This document shows, piece after piece, positions 13,301 to 26,388 of a stretch of 64,000 bases of DNA. Each line of letters starts with the position of its first letter. The stretch's first letter is position 1. Origin of the DNA: Marsupella aquatica (Eukaryota > Plantae > Marchantiophyta). The stretch covers positions 20,843,292-20,907,291 of the forward strand of contig OZ316898.1 of assembly GCA_973895155.1 (NCBI GenBank), read 5' to 3'. Under the pieces are notes generated by a model. The model had not been told where the DNA came from, did no database searches, and saw only the letters and a program-made list of their open reading frames with translations. Position numbers and translations under genes: made by a program.

Positions 13301-14315
13301 TCATTGTTCTGGTCCTTTATGTGGATGATATGCTCATTGTTGCCAAGGATATGACAGAGATTATTAAACTCAAAACTCAGTTGAGCTCAGAGTTTAGTAT
13401 GAAGGATTTAGGATCAGCCAGACGCATACTTGGGATGGAGATTCATAGAGACAAGAAGAGGGGAAATTGTGGCTTAAGGGGAAATTGTGGCTGACACAGA
13501 GTAAGTATACGAAGAAGGTACTTGCTAAGTTCAACATGGCAAGTGCTAAGGATGTAACTACTCCTCTGGCAGCACATTTCAAGCTTTCGGCCGCATCTTG
13601 TCCCACAGATGCAATTGAAAAGGGGTTGATGTCTAAGGTTCCTTACGACAGTGTAGTGGGCAGTTTGATGTACCTTATGGTTAGTACTCGACCAAACATA
13701 GCGCATGCTGTGGGTGTGGTGAGTAGGTACATGGTTAACCCAGGGAAGGTACATTGGGAAGCAGTCAAATGGATTCTAAGGTACTTACACGGCACATCTG
13801 AGGTTGGTTTGTTGTTTGATGCACATGCAAACAATGCGATGTATCTTGTTGGATATGTGGATTCAGACTACGGTGGTGATTTGGATCAATGAAAGTCTAC
13901 TACAGGGTATTCTTTCACGTTGGCAGGAGGATGTGTAAGTTGGAGATCCATGAAGCAAAAGTGCATATCTCAGTCATCTACTGAAGCTGAGTATGTAGCG
14001 GCAGCAGAGGCAGCAAAGGAAGCTATTTGGTTGGGGAAGTTGGCTCATGATTTGGGGATTCCACAAAAACAAGTGGATCTTCATTGTGATAGCAACAGTG
14101 CTATACATATTGCGGCAAACTAAGTGACGCATGGCAGGGTAAAGCACATTGATATTAGGTATCATTTTCTCAGGCAAGCTGTTGCTGAGAAAGAGATTGA
14201 GTTAATCAAGATTGATGGAAAACTCAATCCTGTTGATATGTTAACCAAAGTCATTCCTTTGGCTAACTTCACGGAGCATTGTGCAAGGCTTCAAATTTTG
14301 CACAAGGATGCTTAG
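10333..14315 (+). pseudogene. Copia gag-pol polyprotein pseudogene
   Basis: Gag EKFTGRNNFTLWK; zinc knuckle C*KCGQKGHIKRNC; protease WILDSACSFHM; integrase LWHARLGH, FIDDYSR, SDNGGEY, QNGVSER; RT MDVVTAFL, LYGLKQSPRQW, LYVDDML; RNase H YVDSD, SSTEAEY, KHIDIRYHF. Premature stops at 11035, 12268, 13048, 13890 and 14121, plus frameshifts, including a 17-nt duplication near 13459-13492. Confidence 0.95.
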
Positions 14316-14656
14316 TGTTAGTTTTCTTGTATACGTATTCTCTATCCGGTATGTACTGGCTACGGTCTAATTCTAGTTAACCCTCATGGAGAAGGGGGGA
14401 ACATAGGTTTTCTGTCTAGAATTTCCCGAGGAGATACATATGGGTAACAAGAGCTAGTATTAGGTAGGTAGTTTATTTCTAAGTATGTCTGCTCTATCTG
14501 ACACTTTGTCAGCTACGGTTTAGTTCTAGTCAGCTCTCAGGTATAGAGGGAAAACTCATTGGTTTTACCTTCTAGAACTTCCCGAGGAGATTCATACGGA
14601 TAGTTAGAAGTAACACTACCAGGTAGTTAGCTGAGGACTAGAGTCAAGGGGGAGTT

Positions 14657-15020
14657 TGTTAGGTTATGCCTCTAGTATAACCTATATACTTCCATAGTAC
14701 TAGCTAGACTTCACTCTACTAGGATAGCACTAGTTTGAGTTCCAGGTTCCCATAGACCATGGGAGGGGGTATACCCAAGGGTAACACAAACTTGTGCTCA
14801 CATTTGAAGGTTCACTCTTTAGAAGACAGAGTGAAGGAGTGAGAGGAGGAGCTCTAGCACGTTGGCTATGGCGGATGTAATAGGTGTGTATTACTGGATT
14901 TCTCTCACGGCCGTGGACGTAGCCCAGACGGGGTGAACCACGTACTTTCATTGTCGGAGTCTATGGATGTTGTTCACATGTGTTGACGCTGTCTCGTTCG
15001 GTCTAGATCATATCCCAACA
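14657..15020 (+). repeat. Copia 3' LTR
   Basis: Direct repeat of 8958-9321, preceded by the PPT. Confidence 0.97.
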
Positions 15021-15389
15021 TCAAATGGGCTGAAAACAGAGAGAAAACTAGGGGAAATATGTGGACTCTAGACATTTGAGCTCAAACAAGTTTTCCAATA
15101 GTGAGTTAAAAAATTTAAGGTTCAAACAGACTTCACCTTACTTAACCAAATGAGTTGAAATTTTCTTGAGAGAAGAAGAGCTAGTAAGGGGATACCTCCA
15201 CTTTGTGTTACGCCAACCTTACCCTAAGCCAACTTTACCCTAAGTTGAGTAAGTAAAAGCCACGTTCATAATTTAGGTCATGTCTTTGCGTTTTTAATTA
15301 TGAAAAAATGGTGATGAAAAAATATGTTCATACGATGTTAATTTTGTGTTGGGAATTTTTAAAAGTTTCTTGTACCTTATCAAATGATT

Positions 15390-15640
15390 TTGAAGTTACA
15401 ATTGGGATCAAACATTACACCAACCCTTAAGGATGTGTTCACTAAAGAATTTCAATTTGCAACCTTATGAATTTTAAGTTACAATTGGGGTCAAACAGTA
15501 CACCGACCCTTGCGGATATGTGCACCAGAATGCCTTAACTTGTAACCTTATCAATTTCAAAGTTACAATCGGGGTCAAACAGTACACTTGCAAATGTGCG
15601 CATCATGATGCCTTAACTTAGAATCTTCTTGATTTTTAAG
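15390..15640. repeat. Tandem repeat, about 83-bp unit x3
   Basis: aagttacaat(t/c)ggg(a/g)tcaaaca recurs at about 15393, 15476 and 15560. Confidence 0.8.
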
Positions 15641-16559
15641 GTAATGGTTTGTCATGTTAAGAGTAGTATCAAATATAGATCTTGCTTCTGCTATTTCTAT
15701 TGGAAAAGGAACAAAATGAAATACTCTCAAGCTTAAGTTTTCTTATGCGTTTCTTTGTAGCAAAGCTCCTTAGATAGAGTATTAGTGTTTACATTTTCTT
15801 TATTTGTTAAGATTTGAGAAAACATTTTCAAGTCAAATATGAAGCTCCAATTTTCTCGTCAAACAGTACACTAAGTTTAGATCTGAATATCAGAATGTTG
15901 AAAATTAGAACTTTATACTTTCTTTTATTCACAAGTAATTATCACAAATCAATATACTAGAGGTGAAATCTTGGAATTGCATAAATGTTTGATATTGATT
16001 TATCACACAAAAATATTAGTAATCACAACTATTAACCATATAGAGAGAAGAGAAAGAAATCAAACCTGTATTTCAAGTGTTGTAATAGAGTTGAGTTTGC
16101 TATTGATTGCCAAATAATTTATAAACTCTCCCAAGCTTCTCTAGCAACCAAGAAGAAAATGTTCATCTCAAGAAAGGGTCAATGGGCTCAAGAATTTAAT
16201 TCAAAGGTCATTGGGCCACTTCACAACTAATAAAATCCATACAAATTGTAATCATCAAACAAAGCATGCAATCATACAAACCTACCTGGTCACACGATGT
16301 GAGCCCTACAAAAATAATCTACCACTTGCTGTCTGCGTCCAAGCTTGAATGTCTCATGTAAACTCTCCTCACACCTAGTGTGAAGTATGTTGTAATCCTC
16401 ACTATAATCCTCCCTAGGCACACCAAAAGAGTAATGAGTCAAACCTCCAATCAATCTGCACAAGCCCCCAAACATTGAATACAACATTACTAATCTTCTA
16501 TCCAACCTATTTTTATTCATATGATTAGAGTTATTCATTTATACATAATGAAGAAAGCT

Positions 16560-16935
16560 GAACTTAAAGCCGGGATAGACACAAACATTTGTAGGGACAA
16601 CCCGGATGGACACAGCCTGTTGACACTGTAACACCAATCCTTAACAACACACAAAATGGATTACAGGTGTCTTATGAACGGAAGCTAACCAAGATTTAGA
16701 CATTATGTTAAGTACGTTTAACCTCCTCCGTTGCTCCTGCCTGGACAGACTACGGGAAGAAACAACCAAAAACTTCCTGCTCCCGGTCAAACAGCTCCTT
16801 ACAGGTCACCATTGGAGCACAAGTGAAAAATGTGTTATACAAGCACAATCTTAGGTTTGTTCTGTGTCCATCCAGGTTGTGTTTGTCCATGGGAGCTTTT
16901 TCTCAAACGTTTGTGTCTATCCTGGCTTTAAGTTC
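16560..16935. mobile_element. Mutator-type MITE (376 bp)
   Basis: TIRs gaacttaaagcc(g/a)ggatagacacaaac(a/g)tttg. 10-bp TSD GAAGAAAGCT at 16550-16559 and 16936-16945. Confidence 0.88.
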
Positions 16936-16936
16936 G

Positions 16937-17024
16937 AAGAAAGCTACATATAATAATAAGACAAATAACATCATAACTCATACTTTATGATGTTATTTGT
17001 CTTATTATTATATGTAGCTTTCTT
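16937..17024. repeat. Perfect 40-bp inverted repeat with 8-nt loop
   Basis: aagaaagctacatataataataagacaaataacatcataa, then ctcatact, then the exact reverse complement. Confidence 0.92.
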
Positions 17025-20000
17025 GCATGAGTATTCATATTCCCATGAAAGTTGGTCTATATATATAACCTCTCTCTCAGCAACACTTGTGATGAATCTA
17101 CATTTATGGTTTTTGTCATTGTTTCCACTTGCCATGATATTAGGATAATGATGAGAATTTTCTTTTACTAGTATGTATTAACAAATTGAATCTTCAAACT
17201 AAGTTGCCCAAGATAGTATTACAGATAGTTATAATTAATGGTTCAATCCAGGCCATCATTTTTCTTATGGCATACTCTTGTTATTGTAGATAAACTTTGA
17301 TGTCATTCTTATAAATTTAGTTTAATTTAATGCACATAAATTTAATATAAATTTATAACACTACTCCGAATGTACTTTGGCTATATAATTTTGGCTTTGG
17401 CTATATAATTTAGGTGTTACGTGAAAGAATTGAGTTGGACCCACATACTACACTAGTTATATTTTGTTTTTCCTTGATTCATAAATTCTAATGCGCTTTA
17501 AATTTATAAATTAATCTAAGAAAATCTGATAGAAAATATTGTAAGCATCTTCTCCTCCACACAAGTGACACTTGTCACACCGGCCAAAAAAACAAACCTT
17601 AAAAAGCCCCCAATCACTCTTAGGGAGTTAGGGCAGTTTCTATCTTACGTTCTTAGTTCTTACGAAGGTTTTTCCGTGGCCAATATTGAAGTCAATGCAT
17701 TAAATTGCGTGGCTTAGATTGTTGGGCGGCATTTCTAGAAAAGGACAAGAAGACAAAAAACAGAAAAAAGTCGATGTAGATGTTATTATGAGGGAGGTCT
17801 CAACTGCACTAAAACGTTTCACGACGAGGTGAGCTACTTGGGCGTCCTTTAAACTCATATACATGATGGATCTTACCGAAGTCCACAAAGATCAAAAGAG
17901 GTATACGCCTTTAGCCCTTTACGGTGGTGGTCCTGGTGGACAAAATTATCGTGGAATGGAATTACTGCCATAAATATTTCTTGTGTTTTCTTGCTAGGCG
18001 ATAGTCATACAGTTGACGACAAGAGTAAATTAAAGAGAAGTAATGATGAGCTTTGGTGGGCAAATGAGAATCCCTTCTTTGTTTGAGTGGTCATTACCAC
18101 GACGTAAAAGCTGTTCTCCTTAGATATCTAGTTGTACTGTTGTAGATTTGCTTCTTAGAATCTCTCTATCTGTTACATTATTATATCCCACATTAGTCAA
18201 ATAGGTTGATAGTCGGGGAGGTGTTTCTGCCACGAATGGATAGATTGAGAGTAGGGGACTAGGGGTGGACTGGTCTGGGATCACCTTGGCTAGTGCATCC
18301 GATAACTAGGGGAGTAAAGATAAATATATTGTAAAAGGTTCTCACATTTTTGAAGAGAAGTAAATTAGAAATTTCCATAAATCTCCACGAGATCCTTTAT
18401 TAGAGCACACTCTAAGATCGATGGATAGATTACATCCAAAAAAATATCTTGCCGGATCTAACCCATCATAACCAATCAATTGCAAAGATGCAGTTTTAAG
18501 TTATTTCCATTTTCGAGAGTGACACTGATATATTTTACCAAAAGTGATGCTCCCATGAACCTCGATACCTCTTACACTTTTATTGGTACCTTACATGCAT
18601 GAAGATGTGAAATCAATTCTTGCTGACATTGAGATTGAAGGCCAGACCCAAAGTAACCAACGGGAGCATGTAGGTACAGGCAATGCATCACATGTAAGAA
18701 CCTACTAAACACCAGCTAGATGGTTAGTAATGCATTCACATGGTACAACCTACTGAAGACTAGCTAGATGATAGTAACGCTTTCACCTCTTAAACTACAT
18801 GAAATATGGGTGACTATGTCCATCTGGGTTGAGATAGTCCATTTCAGTTTCCCAGAAAAAGGTGAGGGCCATTTTCTTCTTCCTCAGGTAGAGAGAATCT
18901 CTTTTTGTTGGTTCATTTACTGGACTGTTCTCGTATAGACAGTCTTGGCCACGCACTATGGTAAAGGCTCTTGCACAATACACCATGATGAAGTCAGGGT
19001 GAAGTTGGGCAGCAAGTTCTGGATACGAGCATTCCAGGGACTCGTCCACCTGAATTTTACTAGTGGAGAAAATAAAAGGAGGGGGAGGGAAGATGAATAG
19101 GGAGGCAAAAAGAAGTAAAAATGTATTCCCACTATATAGCATCACACAACCCCACCTGGGCCCCACAATCACAGTTTTTCCCTTCACGATGTCTGCCACT
19201 TTATACTAAGTCCACTTTTACATTGTTTGTCTAAGTCACATTGTACAATGCAAATGTGCGCATGTTACTAACATTGTAACAAACAATGTTAACATTTGTC
19301 GTCCCTCAAGTTGTATCAAACACGCCTGTAAATGACATATCTAACTTATAGAGTGTTCCGGACCCATATTTACATAGGAAGCAGTGACATATAGGAGGTG
19401 TCTTGACAGGGTTTGTGTCTATGTTACATAGTTCACATAGGAGACTAGATTGAATTGTTAAGTTGTGATGCAACTAGTAATTACCCTGTTGTAAACAATG
19501 TGAATTTCTCCATTGGACAACCAAACAAATTCATTATGTCATTTGCCACAACTTTAAATCAAGGGGTTATTTATGTTGTTTGTAATGCTACTTTATGTCA
19601 TCCTAGACAATGTGAAAACAGTGACTTTAATATTGTGAAACCAATGTTAATTGAATCATCTGAAATCTGACACATGTGATGTCAAATTAAAGCCTAAACC
19701 TTAATCTAACATCACACGTTCCAACATTAAAGGGTGGTGCTGGGGGGGGGGTGGTGGCTACGACATTAAGGTGAAAACAGGGTCCAACCTGTAAAACAGG
19801 GGTGGCCATATTTGCATATTTTGCAAGAAACCCTTTCCACTTGCCTCACCCCCAGTACCCTTCTCCTTGATCGCCACATCCTCTTCTGAGTGGCAGCATC
19901 CGAGTGGCATCCCCCATCCAATCACAACATATTATGGGTGTCTGCAGCTGCAGTGACCTCTTGACAACGACGTCAAAGTCAGCTAGCCTTGGCCATTCCA

Positions 20001-20269
20001 TCTGGACAGTTATTTTTCTCTGTGGTGATCCTGCAACTCACACACCTTCTCCTTGATTTCCGCTTGAGCCAAACTCAATCAACTAGGTGTGAGATGATCT
20101 TGCCAAACATTCTTGAAGCCAATTTGGCACTGTTGAAGGTCTGACTATAGGTTTTTCAGGTGCTCCAGTTTGGGCAGTGCCGACCAACTACCACCTTCAT
20201 GCAATTGTCAGGCCCTTCTCATCAAGGACCACCTCCTCCTATCTTTGTATAGTACTAAATCTGTTTGTT

Positions 20270-20830
20270 ATTATGGCACCATATAGTGCATCAAAGTGGA
20301 CAAGGGCAGGCGGTTTGGGAAATGCCCAGTACCAACCAGATTACAAATTGTGTGCAATTGAGGCTTATTGCACCTTGAAGAAGATGATTAGGAGAGTTGT
20401 TGGGGCTATTGGAGCATGCGCCTAGATTGGGTTGTGAATACGCTTTTTCAGGTCATGCTTCCTTTATTTTGGTACCAAATTTGGTGCAAAGCAAGGGGGC
20501 GAGTCATCAACTACAAGAACGAGGAGATCTATTGTCTGCGCAAGGCATAGCATCTGATACAAACCATTGAGGCCATTTTCTTGCTCTGACATTGCCCAAT
20601 CAGGCAATTGTTAGAAGTTTGAAACCTGATGGGAAAGAATACATTGTTTGTAATATACATTCCCACTTCCCTTCATGTTGTTGTAAATTTATGGGCTAAT
20701 GAGGGAAACGTGTGCAAGCACCAGCTAAAGTAGTTGCTAGTTAGAGCTTGTGAAGGTGATGTTTTGGTACAAAAGCTATGGACAGGGTTTGGTAGCCTCA
20801 TGGGTGGCACCTCACAGTCATGTGGATGCG
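20270..20830 (+). pseudogene. MULE-type SWIM zinc-finger transposase remnant
   Basis: Frameshifted fragments read W..AIEAYCTLKK..RLDWVVNTL and AIVRSLKPDGKEYIVCNIHSHFPSCCC/WANEGNVCKHQLK (SWIM CxC..CxH). Confidence 0.6.
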
Positions 20831-23109
20831 GGTGAAAACATTCATTCACCACGGTCTCAACACATGAGTCTTGAAGCAGGAGTTTATGACACAAAAGTCA
20901 CCACTGATGAGCCTCATGCAATGAGGGTATTTGATTTATTCGGGATTGTATTCCACCCTTGTAGCTTTTGTTCTGCCTGTGGAGAATGAAGACTTGCCCT
21001 GATCAAGGCAGACCTTGTTGTGGATGTTTGTGTTGTGGAAAGAGATTTGTAACTAAGTGAGTAAGCATTCCTAGCAACACAGCTTACTCTGACCAAAGTG
21101 AAGGGCCAAGAACAAACTAAGACCTATCAGGGAAAGACAATATAGGTCTTGTGGAGGCTTTTGTAAGGCCTGTGGGTTTTACATCAAAGCAACAGCTTGA
21201 TGATGTGGACATTTAGCATGGCAGCAAGAGAGGAAGGTAAGCAATATAGTTGAGGACAACACAAAAAAGAGGAGAAGTAGCTTCCAGGCATGGCCAAACG
21301 TCGTCTCAATTCAGCGTTGTGGTAACTCTATCTTAATTGTTTGTTTGGGTTTTTGTTCCATCATCTTAGAAATGACAATAAATGAATAAACAAGCACTAG
21401 ATGACATTGTAACTTCTTCAATGGTGGGAACAAGATGGAAGGACACAATTTGCACTACCATCAAAGCACAAAGTGACTCCGTCGGGAGACAACTGACAAC
21501 ATCTAAGTTGGTTGGGCAGGGAAGATAAGGATGGTAGGAGATCACATGGGACTGCAAATTTGGTCATTGCAACAGTTCCTGCTCATGTCGTAAATCTTGG
21601 AGGTGGTGCTAGGGATGTAGACATGAACCCCTGCCAACATTGATCTCAATGTGTCTCTTGACAAGGAGGGTTTACAATTAATGTATTCCCAAATGTATTG
21701 CCATTCATCATTAGCATTGTCATTTGGTGTTGTGCACTCTCACTTTACTTCACAGTCTTCACAATGCCCACACCTATATACACTGAACTTCACACTTTGA
21801 ACACACTACACCTGCCAAAACTAAACAAGAGTTAACATGGTTGCAAGACTTAACCATAAGTACCCTGGCATTGCCAAAACAGTAAACCAGATGTGACAAA
21901 ATTTCTCGATCAGCGGATCAATGTGAGCTGACCCTTACCCCTTAGAGTGTGCACTAGGATGCTACGACAACAAACCAAACATGACAAAGTTTCTTGGCTG
22001 ATTAATGTGAGTCAGACCCTTAGAGCACATCTCCAAAAGTGATGCTTTTTGGCCCCATATCCGCTATATTTCACAATATAGCAGCAGGTTCTTGGTGGTC
22101 TTCTACCCCAGCAACACCCGCATCACTAAACAAATAATTAGGTGTTCAGGAATGAGAGTCGCTTTGTTGACCTCCACATTTGCCACCAAAAGCGGTTGGC
22201 AGTACAGCTTGCTTCCCCATCCCCCAAATAGATTCAGTGGTTTCCCACCTTCCACACGGCACTCCCCATAAATCTGAGTTTGAGTTGTGCACCATCACTG
22301 ATGCAAAAGGTGAGCTTCATTTCCCAGAAGAAAACTTGTAAGAAACCATCGGCTCAGACTAGACAACAAATGCGGAATGTCCATGAGAGCACACTCAATC
22401 AGACATTACACCAACAAGACACCACAAGTGGAGAAACTCCTGATCAAAGATCCATAGCATATGTGAGTACATGTGAAGAATGAGGGAGAGAATGCTCTTC
22501 CTCCAACCTATACCCCCAAGCGGGGCTGAGATGTGTGGGCCTAATCCAAGCAAATCTTATCCTAATGTTATCAAGGGTAAACTAACCCTAGTAAGGCCAG
22601 AACTAGCTAGCTAAAATAAGAAATTTGAGTCAATTTCTAACAAAATTGGCAACAAAGCACGCAAAAAAATTGATGACAAAGCACAGTACTCGTGGTGGGA
22701 CATGATTGAGGGTATCATCCGGGCAAAGAGGCATCAGCAAGCTGGGTCTTATGGAGTATCATGGCGGGCAAAGAGGGTTAAGGTTCATCAGGATGCCCAA
22801 AGATTGACAGCGCAAGCTCATGAGATGGTTGCTGCCAATTAAGACAATGAGGCAATTCCTTGATAAGTTTTCTTGCACCATATTATGCCTACAAATCACA
22901 TGGAGCCAAAATTCCAGCAATTTGTTAGAGAATGGAAGCTAGACGAGGCACAAAAGATGAAGTTGCGGATGCACAAGTAGCAGCTCCGGCTTGAGTGGCC
23001 AATCTGCCTCCCTTTGTTCGACAACCACCAATTGTTCCACCAGTCGTGCAACCCAATGATGTCAAATTAGTTGAAGATTTGGATGAGGGGTACACAACAT
23101 CATTAGTCA

Positions 23110-23670
23110 TCAGTGGCTGATAACTGATATCAGTAATCTCAAAAATTTCAGAATCTCAGCTGAGGAGTTGAGATGGGGCTTTCGAACTTCCACGCATCTC
23201 AGCTAGGCAGCCGAGGTTGACTCAATCTCGGCTGACCTCGCTGAGATGGGCGTACAAACCGAAAAAAATCTAAAAATATATATATACCAAAAAAATTCAA
23301 AAAAAAAATATTTTGAAAAAAAAGATTCAGAAATGTTTTCCCCATCTCAGCTGGCCTCGCCGAGATGGGGTGTACGGACCGAAAAAAGGGGGGGGGGGGG
23401 GGGGAAACCAAAAATTTGAAAAAAAAAATTTGAAAAAAAAATTTCGCATCTCGGCTGGGCTCGCCTAGATAGGTGTCCGTACAATATGGACGCCTCATGG
23501 CGAAAAAAATTTGAAATAAAAAGTTTTCCTTCAAATTTTCTAGAAAAATTCAAGAATTTTTTTTCTTCATATTTTTCTTTTTCGCATCACAACTTGGCGG
23601 CCTCTCTGAGATGAGGTTGCAGCTGATATCAGATACACTGATGAAAGTGACTGATAACTGATGAGATTAC
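23110..23670. mobile_element. MITE-like non-autonomous insertion with repeated palindromic motifs and poly-A/poly-G tracts
   Basis: About five copies of the dyad CATCTC(A/G)GC-N~7-GCYGAGATG, with ctgatatcag motifs near both ends. Termini and TSD are not cleanly resolved. Confidence 0.5.
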
Positions 23671-24129
23671 CTATCTCTTTGGATGAGGATGCTATGCAAG
23701 AGACAGGGAGATTAGCTGAAGTGCTCTTGCCATTGAATTGGGATGGCTATTGACTCTTATATTATTTGATGATTGAATAATTCATCTACATTTGTGCTTT
23801 TGTGATCCACACTCTTCTGTCTTTTTGGCACAGTCTTCTCGATTCAATCTCTAGGCATTGTTTCTGAATTCCAGTGTTTTGAATTTTGCTTGCAAATCTG
23901 TCATGCAATCCATTTATTTATTACTAGGTAGTGTCTTGCTGACACAAGAACATTAATTCTCATGGAAGAACTTTGAAAGTTGAGAAGAAATTTTTATTAT
24001 GTCAATACAAAGCCATAGCTTGAGTACAGAATTATCATTAACATCTACAAAAGTCTGTGCTATAGCTGGACTCCTTGTTATCTGAGTGAAAATTGACTGA
24101 TTCTCAATTAGGTCAGAGGTCAGCAATTG

Positions 24130-24435
24130 CAAGTCCTTTTAGACTCCATAGATGCTCGACAATATTATTCCTCAGGCAAAAATGATTTTCTTTATTGTTA
24201 ATGTCCTTTGTGGCTTGAAGGAATTGTAACCACAACATATTTCCCCTTTGTACCCTTGGTGCCCAAACTCTCAAGTATGGAGTCAAATTGTCATCCCTAG
24301 CTCTCATCCTCAATTATCATGTTGTGTAGAACCACACAAGCCTCATATTCATATTCATATTCATAACATCATTTTTTTCATACCAGGATCTAGCAGGCCT
24401 CTTGACTATCTCAAATCTGGCTTCGAGGCCTCCAA

Positions 24436-24495
<60 letters not shown>

Positions 24496-25463
24496 TGCAC
24501 CCTCCTGGCATCTTGCAAAGTTGCAGAGCTTCTTAGTGTGTGGCATGGCATGTGCACAATAGAGATGAACATTGACCACTCAAGGTAAATTTTGTCCACA
24601 TTCAAGTAGATATGCCCTGTTGTACCTGACACCACTTACTTGGAAAGAAACATTAGCAAAGCCATTGCGGATCCACTTGTTCAACAATGGAGACCTGCCA
24701 AGCATGTTCAGGTTGTTGTTTCTCTTGGAAACCCAAAAAACTGCATGCCATATCCAAAGTTCTTTATCTGCAATTGCCTCAAGAATAATTGTTTGATATA
24801 CTCTTATCTTTGTTGGTGCCCGTGTTGGTGTACGGCCCTTACCAAGCAACAGGCAGTTTTCCGAGCCCAATGCATGCAATCAAGTGAACTAAACATACCT
24901 GGAGAGCCTTTGTTTTGGTTAATTGCGAGATGAGTCTAAAAATTGTGGGCATCTGGCTTCCTTAGATACGTGGCCTCATATAAATATGTGATTGCTTTGA
25001 CAACCTGTAGAGTGATTCCAGTGCTGTAGTCTCCCCAAGTCGACAGCACTTGCTGGTTGCATCCACATCAATTCCATAAGCTAGTTGTTTGAGTGCTGAG
25101 CCTGGTGCTGAGGTGATTTGTTGATGTGACAAGAAACCTACTTTTCCTGTAGCATCATTCAACCTTCAGTAAAAAAAGGGATCATGTGCCCAAACTCCCT
25201 CAAGGATTTGTTGAACAATTAAGAGCTTAATCATTCTATACAGTCTATGCCTGAACACCATCTCCAAGTACTCATTCCAAAGGTCCTCAACACCTTTCTC
25301 CTTCTTCCTGTCCAAATTCTCTCTCCCTCCTGGCCCAGACGCTCTGTGCTTTGTCTTCCTCCCTTGTGTGACAATGTTTAAAATAGCTTGAATGTGGTCC
25401 AATGAACATCATGAGCTCCCAAAACCTGTCCTCCTCTTCCCAATCTTTATCATCTGCGTCCAT
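24130..25463 (-). pseudogene. PIF/Pong (Harbinger) DDE transposase pseudogene
   Basis: DATGKVGF..QITSA..KQLAYG..RLGETTA; TIILEAIADKELWIWHA..NNLNML.RSPL; ERAFGGLEARF..RPARSW; HFCLRNNIVEHLW. Multiple frameshifts. Confidence 0.88.
24439..24492. repeat. (CT)27 microsatellite
   Basis: Perfect CT dinucleotide run inside the Harbinger transposase. Confidence 0.97.
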
Positions 25464-26388
25464 CTGTTGCTTAAGAATTTCTCTCCGGCTTCCTAGACTA
25501 TGAGAGATGTTTTAGAGGATAATGGCAAGAGAAATTGATCAAAAGGGGATCGCAAGGGCGATGTGAGGTGAGAAAAGACATACTTTGGAAAGGTTCTTTC
25601 CGAGATAGGAAAAACAAGAGCTCGGTGCTTCCCAAAAACTAAAAGTTCCCCTGACAACGGCTTCTGGTTTGGGGCGTCCACCGATCCCACGGCCTCTGGT
25701 TTTGAGTGTTCAGAGTCGCGATGACTGCCGTGTACGGCACAGAAGAAGGGGCTTTCTTCACAAAACCTGATGGTTATCTCATGAAGATCACCTCTTCCAA
25801 GGTGCCATAGAGGAAAGCTCCCGAGAAAGTTCTGATAACATTCATTTGATCTAGCAGCAAACCAAACATAACGCCAAGCACTAGTAGAAACCAGGCTCTA
25901 TTTAGACCCTATTAAATGACTATTCACCACCGTTTAGGACTTGCAAACGACTGGGCGGGACTACAATCCTTTATAAGACTGTGAGTTGTATGTTTTGTTA
26001 CTACAATCCACTGAGTCCTTTATAGAACTACATGATCAGTCGTATAATAAACTGGATTTTCAGCCGTTTGTAGTCTTTGTATATTGGGTAGCTTTGGTGA
26101 GTCATTTTCAGTCTTTTATGGGTTGTGGTGGCGAGTTGTTGGGAATGACTAAAATGGTGTTAGTGGGTAGTCTTGAAGAATGCTTCATGGGTTCATAAAA
26201 TGACTAAAAGAGATATTTTGTGGGGTTTGTATAAACTGTCTTTCATGTCAACTGGGAACTACTTGGAATGACCTCACTCTTGTGCACAAATAACACAATC
26301 ATTCCATTCATGTTCTTTTGTGTATACTCACTCTATAAACTCACCATGTTTTAACCTCGAGGGTCTCACTATATGGGGACCTCCCCAT

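Larger units (their letters stand above)
8958..15020 (+). mobile_element. Full-length Ty1/copia LTR retrotransposon (disabled)
   Basis: LTRs at 8958-9321 and 14657-15020 (364 bp, TG..CA, about 9 mismatches). TSD TCAAA at 8953-8957 and 15021-15025. tRNA-iMet PBS TGGTATCAGAGC at 9324-9335. PPT AAGGGGGAG at 14646-14654. Domain order is gag-PR-IN-RT-RH. Confidence 0.97.

Noticed and set aside
16290-16538. 82-aa ORF vaguely RT-like
   Set aside because: No diagnostic RT motif.
17900-18160. Possible hAT dimerisation-domain remnant (SPLRWW..GQNY..)
   Set aside because: Too degenerate; the downstream SxxxER motif could not be recovered.
18795-19199. 134-aa ORF on the minus strand
   Set aside because: No recognisable motif or supporting splice structure, and it lies in decayed repeat-like DNA.
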